From contig CAYJEJ010000003.1 of NCBI GenBank assembly GCA_964369315.1, forward strand, positions 60,528-124,527: a stretch of 64,000 nt of DNA, read 5' to 3'. The notes under the pieces are model-generated. The model had not been told where the DNA came from and did not search any database. It saw only the letters and a list, made by a program, of their open reading frames with translations. Source of the stretch: an uncultured Alphaproteobacteria bacterium. Its GTDB lineage: Bacteria > Pseudomonadota > Alphaproteobacteria > UBA3830 > JAIRWN01. A program made the translations under genes and the position numbers. Below are positions 59,501-64,000 of the stretch, piece after piece. Each line of letters starts with the position of its first letter. Position 1 is the first letter of the stretch.

Positions 59501-59920
59501 TTATGGATTAATCTCTAAATCGCTAAAGAAAAATTTGATTTCTTTTTCAGCGTTTTCTAATGAATCAGACCCATGAACGCTATTTTCTTCAATTGAAACA
59601 CCAAAATCTTTTCGGATAGTGTTTTCGTCGGCATTTATGGGGTTTGTTGCACCCATTATCTCTCTATTAAGCAAAACGGCGTTTGTTCCCGACAGCACTT
59701 GGGCAACAATCGCACCAGATGATATGGATTTACACAAATCATCAAAAAAAGGACGGTCTTTATGCACCGCATAAAATGATGCCGCCTGTTCATAAGACAG
59801 CCTTAAACGCTTTTGGGCGATTATTGATAGTCCAGCTTTTTCAAAATAGCTATTAATCACGCCCGTCAGATTACGCCTTGTAGCGTCTGGTTTTATAATA
59901 GATAAGGTACGTTCACTCAT
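59501..59920 (-). CDS. ndk: nucleoside-diphosphate kinase
   Basis: [11 protein letters not shown]-terminus and active-site NSVHGSDS. Confidence 0.95.
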   Translation of the reverse strand: MSERTLSIIKPDATRRNLTGVINSYFEKAGLSIIAQKRLRLSYEQAASFYAVHKDRPFFDDLCKSISSGAIVAQVLSGTNAVLLNREIMGATNPINADENTIRKDFGVSIEENSVHGSDSLENAEKEIKFFFSDLEINP

Positions 59921-59970
59921 GAATAATACTCCTTAATATTTTTTACTTTCTAATACTATTTACAACAAAG

Positions 59971-60435
59971 TTAACCTTTTTGCCAGTCCCCATTTTTTTG
60001 TTGTGTCCACATAATGGTTTGATGCTCATTTCCGTGGTTTGTACAGAATGAGTTTGCTATCTCTTTTATTTTATTATTTTCATAATTTAACAAAGAAATA
60101 ACCTTTGAAAAGGATAATTGCTTGATTTTGGGGTTGTCTAAAACCGTTTCATCCAGCTCGAGTATAATCAAAACCTTTGAGTTGTTTGGGTTTTCAATTT
60201 TATCAGTCAACCATATGGGCTGTAAATGAGCAAGGTTTGTATTTTCTGCATATGAGTGAGGCAAAAACGATATCTGCTTAAATGACCAAAGTGTGCTACT
60301 CAATTTGATGATGCGTTCAGCTGGGGTGACATAAACGAGTGCGTTCAAACCTGATTCAAAAATTTTTTCCAATAAACTGGCACAAACGCGTTCAGGCGAG
60401 GTTTCTGTTTGTAATTTATAAAAAACGTATTCCAA
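59971..60435 (-). CDS. holC: DNA polymerase III chi subunit
   Basis: 154 aa. The N-terminal FYKL...ERVCASLLEKIFESG pattern is typical of HolC. Confidence 0.7.
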   Translation of the reverse strand: MEYVFYKLQTETSPERVCASLLEKIFESGLNALVYVTPAERIIKLSSTLWSFKQISFLPHSYAENTNLAHLQPIWLTDKIENPNNSKVLIILELDETVLDNPKIKQLSFSKVISLLNYENNKIKEIANSFCTNHGNEHQTIMWTQQKNGDWQKG

Positions 60436-60501
60436 ATTTTTCAGCCAAATAGATATATTGCAGATGCTAAATTATATGAAATACGTTTTCAAATGTTTTT
60501 A

Positions 60502-61182
60502 TTAAGGTTTAGATGTTTTTTTCTCTAGCTCAATAATCAAAGAGTTCAGCTGTTCATATTGTTCCTTCAAAAGGTTTTTACGTTGACGTAATTTTGAAAG
60601 TTTTGCCCTGAAGCTTTTCTCATCAGGAGCCGAATTTTCAACGGCTGAAAGTCTTTTGGCTATATTTTGTATAGCATTATTCATTCTTACAGCTTCCTGT
60701 TTATCAACCTCTTCTTGCTCTATCATATAGTCAGTCAGTTCATTTGAATCATTATAAAACAGGTCGATATCGTTTTTTATTGAACGAATAGCAGTTGCGT
60801 GTTCGTTGATGTTTTCAGCGTGTTTTTGGTGATTGGCTTCTATCGCATGATACCTGTTTATTAAGTCGGCATGTCTTTTTCCAATAAATTCAGCAAACTG
60901 TTTAATTTCTTTATCTAATTTTTGCAAATGTTGTTTTAATTTTGCTATCTCAGATGATAGGTCTGATTTGTTTGCAATTTTATCAATGTTGCTGTTCAAT
61001 CTATTCACTGTATTTTCGGTGGATGCGATTTTTTTTGAGAGCCTTTCTATTTCATTTTTTTGTTTATTAAAATCTTGCTCTAAAGCAATAGCCCTTTTAT
61101 TTAAGTAAATATTGGTTGTTGAATGAGCATCAAATGATGTTAACATTAAAGCGATTAGGGGAAGAGTGGTTAGATGTTTCAT
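60502..61182 (-). CDS. exported coiled-coil protein (hypothetical)
   Basis: Signal peptide MKHLTTLPLIALMLTSFDAHS followed by about 200 aa of heptad-like charged sequence. Confidence 0.5.
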   Translation of the reverse strand: MKHLTTLPLIALMLTSFDAHSTTNIYLNKRAIALEQDFNKQKNEIERLSKKIASTENTVNRLNSNIDKIANKSDLSSEIAKLKQHLQKLDKEIKQFAEFIGKRHADLINRYHAIEANHQKHAENINEHATAIRSIKNDIDLFYNDSNELTDYMIEQEEVDKQEAVRMNNAIQNIAKRLSAVENSAPDEKSFRAKLSKLRQRKNLLKEQYEQLNSLIIELEKKTSKP

Positions 61183-61344
61183 ATATATTGACCTCTATTT
61201 TTATATTTTATAATAAGCACAACTTTCTTAAATATTTATTAATAAGTCAAAAATGATAAAAATTTATATTTTGTTTTAACGCATAAAAAACCAATCAAAC
61301 TAAAAAGTTAGCGATAAATTGTTAAAAATATATTAATAAAACTC

Positions 61345-61373
61345 TTGAAGTCTGTTTTATAAGGCGATATATT
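61345..61373 (+). promoter_or_regulatory. sigma-70-like promoter of groESL
   Basis: TTGAAG (61345-61350), a 17-nt spacer, then TATATT (61368-61373). It lies immediately upstream of the CIRCE element. Confidence 0.55.
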
Positions 61374-61374
61374 G

Positions 61375-61401
61375 TTGGCACTCATCTGTGGTGAGTGCTA
61401 A
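61375..61401 (+). promoter_or_regulatory. CIRCE operator (HrcA binding site)
   Basis: TTGGCACTC-N9-GAGTGCTAA compared with the consensus TTAGCACTC-N9-GAGTGCTAA (one mismatch). It lies 23 nt upstream of the groES ATG. Confidence 0.85.
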
Positions 61402-61423
61402 AAATTATTTAGGAGTGTTAATT

Positions 61424-61714
61424 ATGAATAAATTCAGACCATTAAAGGATAAAATCCTTGTTCAAAGATTAGATCAAGAGGAGAAAACCAGTGGCGGCAT
61501 TATAATTCCAGACACCGCCAAGGAAAAACCCATCCAAGGGAAAGTTCTGTCTGTTGGTGATGGTGCTCGTGATGAAAAAGGCAGCGTTATCCCTATGGAT
61601 GTCAAGGTTGGCGACACTGTCTTGTTTGCAAAGTGGGGCGGAACAGAAGTCAAGTTTGATGGTCAAGAATATTTGATTTTAAAAGAATCTGATGTTCTTG
61701 GTATCGTGTCTTAA
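61424..61714 (+). CDS. groES: co-chaperonin GroES
   Basis: The sequence begins [15 protein letters not shown]...[18 protein letters not shown] Shine-Dalgarno sequence lies upstream of ATG 61424. The ORF-track start at 61388 lies inside CIRCE. Confidence 0.95.
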   Translation: MNKFRPLKDKILVQRLDQEEKTSGGIIIPDTAKEKPIQGKVLSVGDGARDEKGSVIPMDVKVGDTVLFAKWGGTEVKFDGQEYLILKESDVLGIVS

Positions 61715-61732
61715 AGTTTATTTTTAATTTAA

Positions 61733-63388
<1,656 letters not shown>

Positions 63389-63419
63389 GTTTTAGATTTT
63401 TATCAAAACTTTTTATATT

Positions 63420-63890
63420 TCACTTGAAACAAAAAGGGAGGGGGCAAACGAACCTCCCTTCTTTGTCAATGAATCTTTGCAAATTTTGAAAAATATCCTG
63501 ACCAGCCGTTTCAGACATGTTATACGTATAATCCAATTTATATTTTGATATTTTTTGCAAAAAACAGGATACTTTATTGTATTTGTCCAATATGTTCAAG
63601 TCACTATAGTCTATTTTAAATCTTTCTGGATTATCTCGTACTATATGTGCAATTGAGTTTCTCATATTTTCTTTACAATAATCTCCAAATTTATCTAATT
63701 CCAAGTCCTCTGATTCACAAAATTCTTTTATACCTGCCATGCAAGACTCATAATCAGAGTTTTGTGAATTTTCTTTAATAAAGTTATTTATACTCTCAAC
63801 CCCTGCGATGTCGTCTTTTTTAGGGTATACAAGGACATGCCAAAAAAATAATATTTGAAAAAAAACATTCTCATTAGAGAATGCATCCAT
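63420..63890 (-). CDS. hypothetical protein with an Rx4H (HEPN-like) motif; N-terminus possibly outside the window
   Basis: MRNSIAHIV is encoded at 63645-63662. The frame has no stop between 63890 and the right edge at 64000, so the gene may start beyond the window. The gene is AT-rich. Confidence 0.5.
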   Translation of the reverse strand: MDAFSNENVFFQILFFWHVLVYPKKDDIAGVESINNFIKENSQNSDYESCMAGIKEFCESEDLELDKFGDYCKENMRNSIAHIVRDNPERFKIDYSDLNILDKYNKVSCFLQKISKYKLDYTYNMSETAGQDIFQNLQRFIDKEGRFVCPLPFCFK

Positions 63891-64000
63891 ATATAAATTT
63901 AGTAAATCAAACTTCTCATAAGTATCTATATTAGAGACCTTTAAAAAATCCTCACTTTTCCGTCCTGCAGACTTAGTACAAGCAAAACATCTGTTTTCAC

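Noticed and set aside
63434-63460. Hairpin AAGGGAGG-N11-CCTCCCTT between groEL and the convergent HEPN-like gene, considered as a bidirectional terminator
   Set aside because: It lies inside the last codons of the minus-strand ORF, and the plus-strand side lacks a proper T-run. It is plausible but too weakly supported to list as a feature.

Overview
This 64 kb window reads as chromosome from an AT-rich alphaproteobacterium. Supporting marks are a circularly permuted two-piece tmRNA with an ANDNFA-type tag, a PopZ/DUF2497-like gene, an Hda-like gene, a split PDH E1 alpha/beta and a short ProRS. A host-associated, Rickettsiales- or Holosporales-like lifestyle is only an inference. Most of the window is housekeeping: mnmA (partial), efp, suhB-like, thiolase, xseA, lysC, clpX, nadK, dnaE, tolC, murE, rpsU, pdhABC, miaA, trxB, lolCDE-type genes, proS, lon, rpmG, pepA, murF-mraY-murD-ftsW-pgeF, hda, pgsA, ndk, holC and groESL with a CIRCE operator. 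There are also four tRNAs and ssrA. Against this backbone several accessory pieces stand out. (1) A very AT-rich block of about 7.2 kb is bracketed by tRNA-Met and tRNA-Cys, whose 3' ends both face inward. It encodes a 1393-aa SF1 (Upf1-like) helicase fused to a Vsr/DUF559-like endonuclease, a 485-aa GNAT acetyltransferase fused to an uncharacterised domain with a PD-(D/E)XK-like signature, and a membrane metallophosphoesterase. This is my best candidate for an undescribed defence-type system. (2) A complete [FeFe]-hydrogenase maturase operon hydG-hydE-hydF has no hydA in the window. It is flanked by two GC-rich foreign-looking genes, an Rpn/YhgA-like nuclease-transposase and an orphan. (3) An outer-membrane beta-barrel gene has a 7-nt x5 repeat in its signal-peptide region and a separate 3' frameshift. 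(4) A divergent pair of secreted proteins comprises a Cys-containing LRR protein and a His/Lys/Glu-rich protein. (5) An Rx4H (HEPN-like) gene runs off the right edge. No CRISPR array, integrase or rRNA was seen. All calls are by eye from the sequence and ORF track; no searches were run.
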